64,000 bases of DNA, from positions 476,382-540,381 of the forward strand of contig NMRA01000301.1 in the NCBI GenBank assembly GCA_002633005.1. The letters run 5' to 3'. The first letter of the stretch is position 1, and each line of letters starts with the position of its first letter. This DNA is from Phoronis australis (Eukaryota; Animalia; Phoronida). Positions 28,201-40,200 of the stretch are shown piece after piece. Below the pieces are notes generated by a model. That model did no database searches. It saw only the letters and a list, made by a program, of their open reading frames with translations, and was not told the origin of the DNA. The translations under genes and the position numbers were made by a program.

Positions 28201-31200
28201 CAGACCTTATTTTTGCTAAAAGTGACATGAAAAAAGGTTGCCTTCGCCTTTAAGGTAACCGATTCTGCACTATCTCATGTTCAAGTAACATGCTTACAAG
28301 TCATCGGGAGGGCTGTTCACTTGATTTGCCAACTACCAAATAACGGTTGGATTCAGCGGATTCGCTTTATATTTGCCAGGTATTTGCTGAGAAGTGTAAA
28401 ATGTCAGCTTACTCATGCTGGGAATTTCAGGTCGCAAATGCCAGATGCAGCTTGTTATCATGTCAAGACTGTTTCTTTGGAGTTATTGATTTAATTTCAT
28501 GAAATTTGACAAATTGCTTTCTATTGAGGAGACGTCAATGCATTTTCATTTTCAGACAGATTTGCCTTATTCTGCATAGCCGTTTTCATTATTTTGAGTC
28601 TATTTTTGGTGTCTGTCTCTTTGCCTGCCACACTCCAAGGATCATGAAACTGAGCAAATATATTTCTCATGAGAAGACCATGGCTTATGCCGAGTTTTGG
28701 ACAACTGTGACACGCGCACACTTGCGGTGATTTTGCCTTTTGCATCCATGCCTTTAGCTTAATTCTTTGCACATATTTGGGAAATGTTTAGGAGTGTTTT
28801 CCCATCAAGTGAGAATGGCTGCCCTATGACTTTAAGAATCCGAAGTAGCAATTTTAGTTTTATGTTTTCCTCTGAATCTTAGGATATGTTCTACATTTTT
28901 TCATGAAATTTAGAAACAAAATTTCAGTTACAAAGATGATAGGAACTTTACATTTTGAGAAAATTTCAATGTCCACCTAGTAGTCATTTTTATGCCCCCA
29001 TGTGGGTACATATTGCCGTCACCTCTGTCTGGGCGTCCGGCATCCATAGCTGTCTTTCCTCAACCATTTGCAGAATTTTATTGAAATTTGGCAGGTGTAT
29101 TCCTATGTGGCTGACAACAAATGACAGCGAGTTTGGGACTGACCCAAATACTGCTGTGCTCCCTTGTGACAATTTTATATTTTTTGTTTGCCTTTGTATC
29201 TTCGGAATTCCTTGACCAATTTTCATTAAGTGGGATAATATGGAAGCGATGATGCCATTCCATTTCTGGACTGAGTCGACGAAATTTATGCCACCTTGTG
29301 GGTATTTTTGTTGCTGTTGCACCCGTTTTCTCGCGTCCACCTCAGTATCTATCATACCGCTCAAAGGCTCTTTATAAAAATTTACAGGTGTTGCTGATGA
29401 GAAGGCCACGTCTGACATTGACTTTCAGGCAGGTCAGACTCCTAGTGGCAATTTTGTTTTTTTTTGCATCTGCGGCCGAATCTCCTTAACCCTTTGAAGG
29501 AGCTTTGTGAAATTTGAAAGATGTGTTCCTACGGAGCTGTCAACAAACTGTAACAAGTGGCTTAACGATTCAGACACCACTGTGCCCCGTAGTAGTACAA
29601 TGTTTTTTACGATTGCCTCTGTATCTTTGGATTTCAGTAATGTATAGAGTAATCATTTGCAATCTGTGATATTAAAGGAGCATGGCACCCGATTTAAATA
29701 GTCTTTTACGGTGTCTTAATCGGTCTATATCCACATCACCTCCTATACGGTGGATCTTATCTCGTTGAGAGGTGTCGCCTCAACCTGTGATTAAGGTGAG
29801 AACCAATGCTGCGACGTCAGTGGTTCTTCTGCAGAGTGTGTGCTGCTATGGTGTGGTGTATTGTTCCTCTTTGTGCAAACTATGAAGCTTCGAGGAAAGC
29901 AGGTAACGTATTCGCCGTAATAACCGCCCATACCCCTATAAGCGCCCCCAACGCGTTTTCAGACTTTGCTAAAATAAGCACCCAGTCCATGAACGTGTAC
30001 ATGCGAAAAATGCCTTACCTACAGCCCTAAAATTCTACACTAACATCTTCAATTTATCAATAATATCCGACAGTCCCGAAAAAAATCATTGTGCGCAGAA
30101 TTTGTAGACCTTGAGCCTCGCCACTATGTTGGTATTTAGCCGTGACTATACACTTCAAACTTCCGCCATGCCTCAAAACGAATACAAAAGTTCTGCTGAC
30201 ATTTCGAGGACCAATGGTCTGGCCTTTCATAACAGAGGTAGTGTACTTGTCTACGGGATTGCTTATTGTAGATAATTCCCGCTTTCAACAGGAATCCAAA
30301 TTTCTTTGTACACGTGAAAATCGCGAATCGAAGACTAATAAAAAGCTTGGCCAGTGTTAAAGCACGTGACCAGGTAACGCGCGCTACATATCAAAAACAT
30401 TAGTCATGAACTATCCATTCATGAAACGGGTAGCATAGTATCGGCAAGAAATGAATATTGGCACTAATTTCCGACAGTTTCTAATACTATAAAAAATGTT
30501 TGCGTTATTTTTAAGATGAATTGTTTGATTAACCATGAAGCCAAATATCCGATAAAATGACCACTGACAGTGAATGCTTAGTGACCCTTACACTGAAAAA
30601 TAACTGTCAGATAGTCACGTATGCCGCATCCAGCCACACAGCGACTAATATGGCCTTACTGAGACAAATGTTGAACATTTTTAGCGATATGAGACCGGCG
30701 AGTGCTGAATGAAACACGCTCTGGTTTAGGCCAACTGCTTGTGCAAATTTCTTTAGAATCATGATACAATGCACATCTAGCTCGTTAGATTGCGTTGCTC
30801 TGGCCAAAAGACGGTATCTGCTCTGGCAAATGAACTGTGGTGAGACGCACACGGTCGCTTTCTCACAAAAGCAGACAACTTCAAAACAAAGGTCACGTGA
30901 CAACAAAATGCGTGTTCGTGCAGACATTTTTCTCATGTTGTCGATCATATAATAGCACGATTTGCTAACACAGATTTGTACTTAAACCTGACTCCCCGGG
31001 AACTTAGGGACGCTACTTGGAGAACTTAAGGAGGATTTCAGGTAATTTGCTTGAGTCGAAACTATTTTTATTCAAGCATTCAAGTTGCCATATCGACGAT
31101 TGCGAGGCAGGCAGTCGACGAGTTTTTCGCCCTGGGATTTCAGCACAATTTTCTGTAAAATGATCGTAGTTTAGCATGAAAGTTTGATAGCAATGCACCA

Positions 31201-34200
31201 CGGTTTTGTAGAAAGTCTTTTCATAGATTACAGATACGTCACAGAGCGTAAATGTGATGAACCTTAGGTTCCGATTTCACCCGTTTCGGAGACCGGGTTT
31301 CAACCGCCTTGGGTTATAATAAGCCCCCCCCCCTGAAACAAACTTTTCTAAGCGCCCTGGGCGGTTATTACGGCAAATACGGTAATCACTATTTCATGCT
31401 AGTTACCGAGGAAGCCGGTGAGTCTGTGACTGTATTTGACATGCTTTACTGGACTGAACCATGTTTGATGGTCCGTGTGCCGTGTTTCTATGTGACTGAG
31501 TCCATGGCAGTGTCTTTTGGATGAATGTGTCTTGTTTTGTGAGTCTAATCCCGTCGGTGAATGGTGTTGTGTTTGCAGGTGGGTGAGTCATGTTTTTGTG
31601 CCCGACACGGTGTTTTGCAGTCTATTATTCGACGTGTAGTTTAGGTACTTTGTCTGTTATTTTTGGAGTTTTTGATGGATTTTTATGAAATTTGACAAGC
31701 TGTTTTATACTGGTGAGGACGTGTCCTTCTTATTTTTAGACAGAATATGCATATTTTGACCATTTATATGATACTAATAAACACCCCAAGAATCCTTCAG
31801 ATTGTGGTACAGTCGTGGGTACATTTCAACGCTTCGAGTATTACTCTTGTTACTGTGTAGGTAATGTTTTTGTTAAGTACTTGGAAATATAATGGTGAAA
31901 CAACAAAGCATTGTGTGCACTTGTTATTTTTATGCGCCTGCATATTTATGTGCTGAGGCATATTGTCGCCATCTTTGCCTAGGGGTCCGGCGTCTGCTAC
32001 TGTACAGTACAGGCACTGAATTATTAGACTTCCTCCGGTCTACGTCACGCCTGGAAAGACCGGAGCGCAACCGGAACACAGGCATGAAAGAAATCAGTCA
32101 CGGTTGTCTCACGCCTACTCTCTGGGTAGTTCTCGCGCTTGCCTTTGGTTTGATTAATGCCTTCCTCAAGCTTTTGGTACATGTAGCTGTGGTATAACAC
32201 GGTACCGTGATGGTGCACCGGGCTAATAAAAATATCATCTAGATCTGCATGTACAGGTGACGTTGTTTGTGTAGCTGTCGAGTAATCCGTTGTTTCGGCA
32301 TTTTATACCACTGAGTTCCGACAAACTGCGCATTTTCTCATATTCGTCATACAAACGAACTTCTTTAACTCGTCTGGCGTTACATTTATGTTGTCCAATT
32401 TATTACTCGCAAATCATGTCCCATCAACGACGTAACCGTGGTTGGTAAAGTTTAGACCACTTTAGTGGCCTAGGTAAAGACGAACAAACACGACCCTCTA
32501 CACTCATTCACAGCTTACACGGGTGCAGTCTTCACAAAACTCATTACAGCTGGATATTTAGCTTGCCTTAAAAATAGCCCACCAATGGTTTCTTGCACCG
32601 CACGTAGTGGAACAGAAAATTTCAATAAGCTTGTGTGACGATATGTAGTATCATGATCCCCTACTGCGAGTGCATAATAAGTCCCCAACCCCTAGTGCAG
32701 ATTTATTTGTAGCCCCATCCCCTTAGTATTTCGGGCCCATGTAGTCTACCTGTGTGACTCGTCAAATTGTAGTGTTCACTTTTCTGCATAATGCAGGAAT
32801 TTGGTATAAATGCGCGTAGAATTCACGTGCTATGCTGTGGCTTATTGTGAAGACAATTGAATTCTTCCCTTACACACACACGTGTGTCAACAGTTTTTAC
32901 GTTTATTTCAAAAGCAAATATATACAAGTGAGGAGTTGAGTCTGGCGTTATGTTTCATGAAGTGACATAAGATTTGAGATAGCAATTTGGCTTTTCGACC
33001 CACGTAAGGATTTCGAAAAAATAGTCGAAACTTACCTGAGCAAAATTCTGTGAGAAAATACTCTCATTCTTAGTTGCTGAGAAAGTTTTTGTAAATTAGT
33101 TTTCGACTGTGATGCGCTCATAATTATCTGACTATACCCTTACAAAAATGAACTTAAGTTTTCATCGAAAAAGTTTTTGGTCTAAAAAACTTAAGTTTTC
33201 ATTCACGAAAACTTAAGTTTTTGGCAAAAACTTAAGTATTTTGGAACAAATGTTTTGGAACGAACTTGAGTTTTTAAAACTTAAGTTTTCAGAACTTAAG
33301 TTTTTTAAAAACTCAAGTTTTGGAATAAGTTTTTTTGTAACAAACATAAGTCATCAAAACTTAAGTTTTTGAAAACTTAGTTTTCAAGGAACTAACTTTT
33401 GAAAACTGAAGTTTTCTAAAAGCAATAGGACAGGCATTCAAAAATTTCGATTTTCACTAAAACAAGAGTGGAGTACAGTTACAGTACAGCCATTGAATTT
33501 TTAGACTTCGTCCGGGCTTCCTCACGCCTGGCCAGACCGGAGAGCAACCGGAACACAGGCGTGACAGAAATCAGTCACGGTTGCCTCACGCCTACTCTCC
33601 GGGTAGTCCTCATGCTTACCTCCAATTTAGTTAACGCCTTCCTCACGCCTCGTTCACGCTTTCTTCGCGCCTCCGTCACGCGTACCTCACGCTTTCTTCA
33701 CGCCTTTGGTAGCTGTGGTAACCATGGTAGGGCACCGGGCTAATCAGTAAAAATACATGTAACATCTTGATTGCCTGTCGTTTCGGTCAAGTTGCAAAGA
33801 TATAGTATATTCTAGAGTATCTTTGCAAGTAGTCATCTATCACACTTGGGTTCCAACTAACTCTGTAATTCCACGTGTTGTTCATACAAACGTCTTCCTT
33901 CAGCTCGTCTTGCTTACATGTACATGTTCAATTTACAACTTAAAAGCCAGTCCCATCAACGACAAACATGTACAGTAACCACGGTTAGTAAATACGAATA
34001 AACGCGACCCTGTGCCCAGAGTCATCTTTACATGGCTGTGGACTTCTTGAAACTTGCCACAGGTGGATATAGTTAAGTCGCCCTAAAAATAGCCTACGCA
34101 TCTTGTGAAGTATTGTGTCACTCCGTAAATTTTTGCACCGCACTGGCATACAGAAAATTTCAATAAGCCGCCCTTCTGACATACACATCCCTTACTGCAA

Positions 34201-37200
34201 GCAAATGTTTTGACTTAAAATTCCTTAATCCGTACTGCAGTTCAATTATTTGTAACCCACTCCCCGTAGTACATGCGTTTTGACTGAGTACACGTCAGTA
34301 TCCCCGGGCTATTTCTTCACTAAAATAATTATAGCGGTCATTTGTTTGACTCGTCAAATGCATGGGCGTGATCAGTTTTCTCCGCATGATGCCGGAACTT
34401 GGGATCAATGTGCTCAAAATTGACATGCTATGCTCCTTCAATTGAATAATTCCGCCGTGTACACGCGTGTTAAGATTCTTTATTAGTTTATATAAAAAAC
34501 AAATAATTATATATCAGTGAAAAGTAAAGTCCACAGGTCTGTTTTCTGAAGTGACCTAAGAGTTGAGACGGAAATTTTGGTGTTTTACCGCACGTGACGA
34601 TTTCAAAAAAAATAAACCTCACACGAGCAAAAGTCTATGAGAATACACACATCACTGCTAGTTACTGATGTAATTTTAATAAATTACTTTATCATCTGCG
34701 ATGCAGGTAAACTCACGCCTAACTCACGGTAAGCTCCGGGTACAGTCACGCTTAGGCTCACGCCAGCTGTCACAGTTGATTCACGCCTCACTCTCCGGTC
34801 TGTCTCCGGTTACGGTCACAGGTGGCTAGACCGAAGAGACACCGGAGAGAGTCTAATAATTCAGTGGCTGCACTGTACAAAGGTGATATTTTCTCAAATG
34901 AGACAATATTATTTAGTCTCAAAGTGTGCGGAACGGTTCCGCACTTTTTCATATCAACTTAGGGCCATAAAAATGGTGTGTAACAAATCTATACCTTACC
35001 CTAAACATGTTTACAATGTTACATTTTTATTTCCTCAATTAGCATTTTCTTAATTTGAAGTTCAATCTTTGCCTTGCGGAATGTTCCGCAAATGTGCGGA
35101 ACATTCCGCAGATTTTGCGGAATATTACGCAAATTTTGCGGAATATTACGCAGATTTTGCGGAATATTACGCACTGCGCAAGTTTTGTGGAATACTGTGA
35201 CTTGAGAAATATTATGTATATTTTGTGGAATAATCAAAATAATAATTTATTTTTAAAAATCAATGTGAAAGTTCCAGAAGGGTTCCACAAACAGAAAAGT
35301 TTAGCACAGGACTAAAATTTTTAATTTTCTCCCGGCCCAATAAACATGAATTACATTCCATTCTCAATAGTACTCAGAGTATAATGTGCCCACTCTCAAT
35401 AATATATTAATCAATGTGACGGTTGCACAAGGGTTCCACATGCGGAACGGTTCCGCAAACAGAATAGTTTTTTGGAGAACACAATCTTTTAAATTCTCAT
35501 GACCAATAAAGTTAAAATGCATTCCATAATCAATACCACTTGAAAGTATCAATGTGACAATCCTAATAATAATTACTTGATCAATGTGACAATTGACCTA
35601 TCGCCAGGATTATGACGGACGGCTTAATTGACCAATCAGAACAAAGCATTCTTGTCACACCTTCGCCTGCGTTTCCAAGCCGCCATTATACCTGACAAAC
35701 CACACGTAGTCGAGTAAAACTTACTTTAGTCTATAGCTCAAGAAATTGTCCGCTAAGAATGGGGAAACGGTGTTGATATGGCGTGTGTAGCACAGACAGC
35801 CGTTATGCTGCTCCAGAATAATATCCCGTCATTTTTGGCATGTCCTAATCCGAGAAATGGTGTTGAAAAGCGTAAACTATGGATCAAACTGTACGGTCAC
35901 ACTAGTAGCTGAACTTAACGATGTTGCTTGATAACTCGAAGGCTATAATAAACACAAATATATTAGTTCAAAGATACGCACTTTTCAGCTTGGTGGCTAT
36001 GGTGAAGGGCCATCTCAGATTGTGGCTTCCAAGTTTCCTACGTCTGGCCGCCTTTGTCTCGACACCTGCTGGATCTCAGCACTCTAGCGGTATAGTCCCC
36101 GGAAATTTTTGTTTTCAAGGACATTTTTATTTTATGTTTTTTTATTTATTTCAACCTAACAGAGGTACATTTTGTTATTCATAAACCCGTAGGCTGGCGT
36201 TCAACTGAACTTCTCTCCCGGTCAAAATTCAGAGATTCGATCTGGCGTTCAACTGAACTTCTCTCCCGGTCAAAATTCAGAGATTCGATCTGCACTGGAT
36301 TACTGCCGGTAACTCAAAGCCTTGGTCGAGCTGTTGTCACTAACATAAACTGTTGAATTACTTTTTGACGTGTACCTCTAGTATACACTATGTCTGTAGA
36401 GTTAGACAGAGCTCATTTTGAAGTTGTTCAAACATGATATTTAGATTTATGAAGCTTTAAAAAAGAATTTGAGTTATTTTTGTAGATACCCTATATTTTG
36501 CAACTACCACACCAGACTTGTAATCTTTTGTAACCATACCACGACTTAAGGATTATGCTACCTTCAAAATTAAACGAAAGCTACCTTTATGGAATGAAAC
36601 TACAAAAAATGCCAAGTTGGTAAGAAGGTAGGCCTAATTTAAATGTCTTAATGGTGCGAACTGTCAATTCCATAGGCAGATTTAGGGGGGCAGGGCCCCA
36701 GCCCCCCGCAAGCAAAATGAAACAGTAAGAGCGTGAAGCGTGAAGAAATATTGAGTTGAGTAACTAGGACCGGTAGCGGAAGAGGGGGCTCAGACCCCAG
36801 ATTGCGGCGGAATCGTGTTCCGGTTTTCTTTTAGTCCACCGATAGATTTTCTGAACAGAAGGTCCAAAGGGGTCTGCATCCCAGGCCCCTGCAACTTTCG
36901 GGCCGCCTGTGTACATACAATTGCACTTTTCCCAATTCCACGAGGCAACATGTTGGACCCCCCTTGTGGTATCCTAGATCCNNNNNNNNNNNNNNNNNNN
37001 NNNNNNNNNNNNNNNNNNNNNNNNNNNNNNNNNNNNNNNNNNNNNNNNNNNNNNNNNNNNNNNNNNNNNNNNNNNNNNNNNNNNNNNNNNNNNNNNNNNN
37101 NNNNNNNNNNNNNNNNNNNNNNNNNNNNNNNNNNNNNNNNNNNNNNNNNNNNNNNNNNNNNNNNNNNNNNNNNNNNNNNNNNNNNNNNNNNNNNNNNNNN

Positions 37201-40200
37201 NNNNNNNNNNNNNNNNNNNNNNNNNNNNNNNNNNNNNNNNNNNNNNNNNNNNNNNNNNNNNNNNNNNNNNNNNNNNNNNNNNNNNNNNNNNNNNNNNNNN
37301 NNNNNNNNNNNNNNNNNNNNNNNNNNNNNNNNNNNNNNNNNNNNNNNNNNNNNNNNNNNNNNNNNNNNNNNNNNNNNNNNNNNNNNNNNNNNNNNNNNNN
37401 NNNNNNNNNNNNNNNNNNNNNNNNNNNNNNNNNNNNNNNNNNNNNNNNNNNNNNNNNNNNNNNNNNNNNNNNNNNNNNNNNNNNNGTTAGTGTTCTTTTG
37501 AACTTGTATTTGGCAACAACCAAACAACGGTCGGATTAACAAGAGGTGATTCGTATTTGACGGGTATCTGTTGAGAAGTGTAAAAACTCAGCTCGCATTC
37601 GTTGGAAATTCCAGGTCGCATTTTGCGACTTTATACGAGCTGACAAAAATCTCAGCTCGCATTTTCAAATTTCAGGTCGCAAATGCGACCTGCAGCTCGT
37701 TATGTCGAGCCCTGATTTTTCTTGCACATTTCAGTTGAAAGATACTCTATTCTCAATAGCATATGGAAATATCAATGTGTCACCATGAGCAATGATTAAT
37801 CAGTGGGGAACTTGCTGAATGGTTTGTGATGCGGAAGCCTACCTCAAGCATCCACTTGCGAAAAATGGACATCTTGTCTATGCCATTTTACCACTTTTGG
37901 CAGAACCTTAACACAAGCCATGAAATATTCAAATCCTAACGTGCAACAAGCATTAAACCTAAAAAGATCAGAATTTCTACCCCAACCATAATTAATTAAT
38001 AAATGTGACAGTTGCGGAACCGTTCCGCGTGTGGAACCATTCTGCAAACAATACTTTTGTGATCCTCACAAGTTTTAAAAAAAATTTGCTTGCACATTTC
38101 AGTTGAAATTTACCCTATTCTCAATAGCATATGGAAATATTAATGTTTCAACATGAATAATGATTGATCAGTTTGTGAATGGTTTGTGATGCAGAAAGCT
38201 ACCTCAAGCAGACTCGCGAAAAATTGACATCTTGTCTATGCCATTATACCGCTTTTGGCATAACCTTAACACAAGCCATGAAATATTCAAATCTTAGCGT
38301 ACAACAAGCATTAAACAGAATTTGTACCCTAACAATAATTAATTAATAAATGTGACAGTTGCGAACCGTTCCGCAAGCAGAACCGTTCCGCAAACAATAC
38401 TTTTGTGATCCTCACAAGTTTTAAAAAAGTTTTCTTGCACATTTAAGTTGAAATATAATCTATTCTCAATAGCAAATGGAAATATCAATGTGTCAACATG
38501 AACAATGATTAATCAGAGGGGAACTTGTTGAATGGTTTGTGATGCAGAAACCTACCTCAAAAAGAGTCTGGGAAAAATTGACAGATTGTCTATGCCATTT
38601 TACCGCTTTTGGTAGAACCTTAACACAAGCCATGAATTATTCGAATGTTAGTGCGGAACAAGCATTAAACATAAAGTATCAGAATTTTTACCCCAACAAT
38701 AGTTAATTAATAAAAGTGACAGTTGCGGAACCGTTCTGCATGCGGAACCGTTCTGCATAGGGAGCAATTTCCCAAACAAAATGGTTTTATGGGGTATTTG
38801 TTTTCACCAATCATCTTAAAAATGCATTCCATTATCAATGCCACTTAAAACTTTCGATGTGACAATCCTAACAGTAATTAGTTGATCAATGTGACAGTTG
38901 CGGAACCGTTCCACATGCGGAACCATTCCGCAAACAATACTTTTGTGATTCTCACAATTTTTTAAAAAATTTTCTTGCACATTTCAGTTGAAATATACTC
39001 TATTCTCAATAGCATATAGAAATATCAATGTGTCAACATGAACAATGATTGATCAGTGGGGAACTTGCTGAATGGTTTGTGATGCAGAAACCTACCTCAA
39101 GCAGACTCGCGAAAAATTGACATCTTGTCTATGCCATTTTACCGCTTTTGGCAGAACCTTAACTCAAGCCATGAAATATTCAAATCTTAAGGTGGAACAA
39201 TCATTGAACATAAAAGTATCAGAATTTCTACCCCAACAATAATAAAAGTGACAGTTGCGAAACCGTTTCGCATGAGGAACCATTCTGCATGGGGAGTGAT
39301 TTCCCAAACAGAATGGTTTATGGGGTATTTAATTTCACCAGTCAATTTAAAATGCATTCCATTATCAATGCCACTTGAAAGTATTGATGTGAAAATCCTA
39401 ACAGTAATAAGTTGATCAATGTGACAGTTGCGGAGCCGTTCCTCATGCGGAATGGTTCTGCAAAGATTTACTTTTGTGATCCTCACAATTTTTAAAAAAT
39501 TTTCTTGCACATTTCAGTTGAAATATATTCTATTCTCAATAGCATTTGAAAATATCAATGTGTCAACATGAACAATGATTAAACAGTGGGGAACTTGCTG
39601 AATGGTTTGTGATGCAGAAACCTACCTCAAGCAGAGTCTGGGAAAAATTGACATATTGTCTATGCCCTTTTACCGCTTTTGGTAGAACCTTAACACAAAT
39701 ATACATGATATTTCTCAAGTCACAGTATTCCATAAAACTTGCGCAGTGCGTAATATTCCGCAAAATCTGCGGAATGTTCCGCACATTTGCGGAATATTCC
39801 GCAAGGCAAAAATGAACTTCTAATTAAGAAAATGCTAATTGAGTAAATAAAAATGTAACATTGTAAACATGTTTAGGGTAAGGTATAGATTTGTTACACA
39901 CCATTTTTATGGCCCTAAGTGGATATTAAAAAAGTGCGGAACCGTTCCGCACACTTTGAGACTAAATAATATTGTCTCATTTGATTCAATGATTCTCATA
40001 AAGTTTTAACAAACTAGAGTTCTATTAACATTTCATTAACATTGATTAATTTCAGAAAATAAAATGTACTTCCTAAAATACACTAGTTCCTTAAAATAAG
40101 TGAACGTAAGTGAAATATCAAAATCTTAAAAACAGAAACATTTCAAAAATCAGTTCATCAAGTGTCATGCGTACAATGCAGTGAAAACTAAATGAGGCTA

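Larger units (their letters stand above)
28987..31851 (+). mobile_element. HINE copy interrupted by a Kolobok that is itself interrupted by a Tc2-like MITE
   Basis: 5' atgcccccatGTGGGTACAT and 3' GTGGGTACATttcaacgc...ctcttgtt share the same variant subTIR; older monomers extend back to ~28470. Confidence 0.65.
34894..39984. mobile_element. Foldback-type DNA element with ~290-330-bp TIRs and an internal tandem array
   Basis: TCAAATGAGACAATATT...AATATTGTCTCATTTGA termini flanked by TTC on both sides; arms 34894-35225 and 39693-39984; spans an assembly gap. Confidence 0.85.

Noticed and set aside
33137-33470. Short palindromic repeats with variable spacers resembling a CRISPR array
   Set aside because: Repeats are 14 bp with ~6-bp spacers, the context is a eukaryotic intron, and there are no cas genes.
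36790-37542. Long ORFs spanning the N run (also 54636-55628)
   Set aside because: Artefacts of translating assembly gaps.
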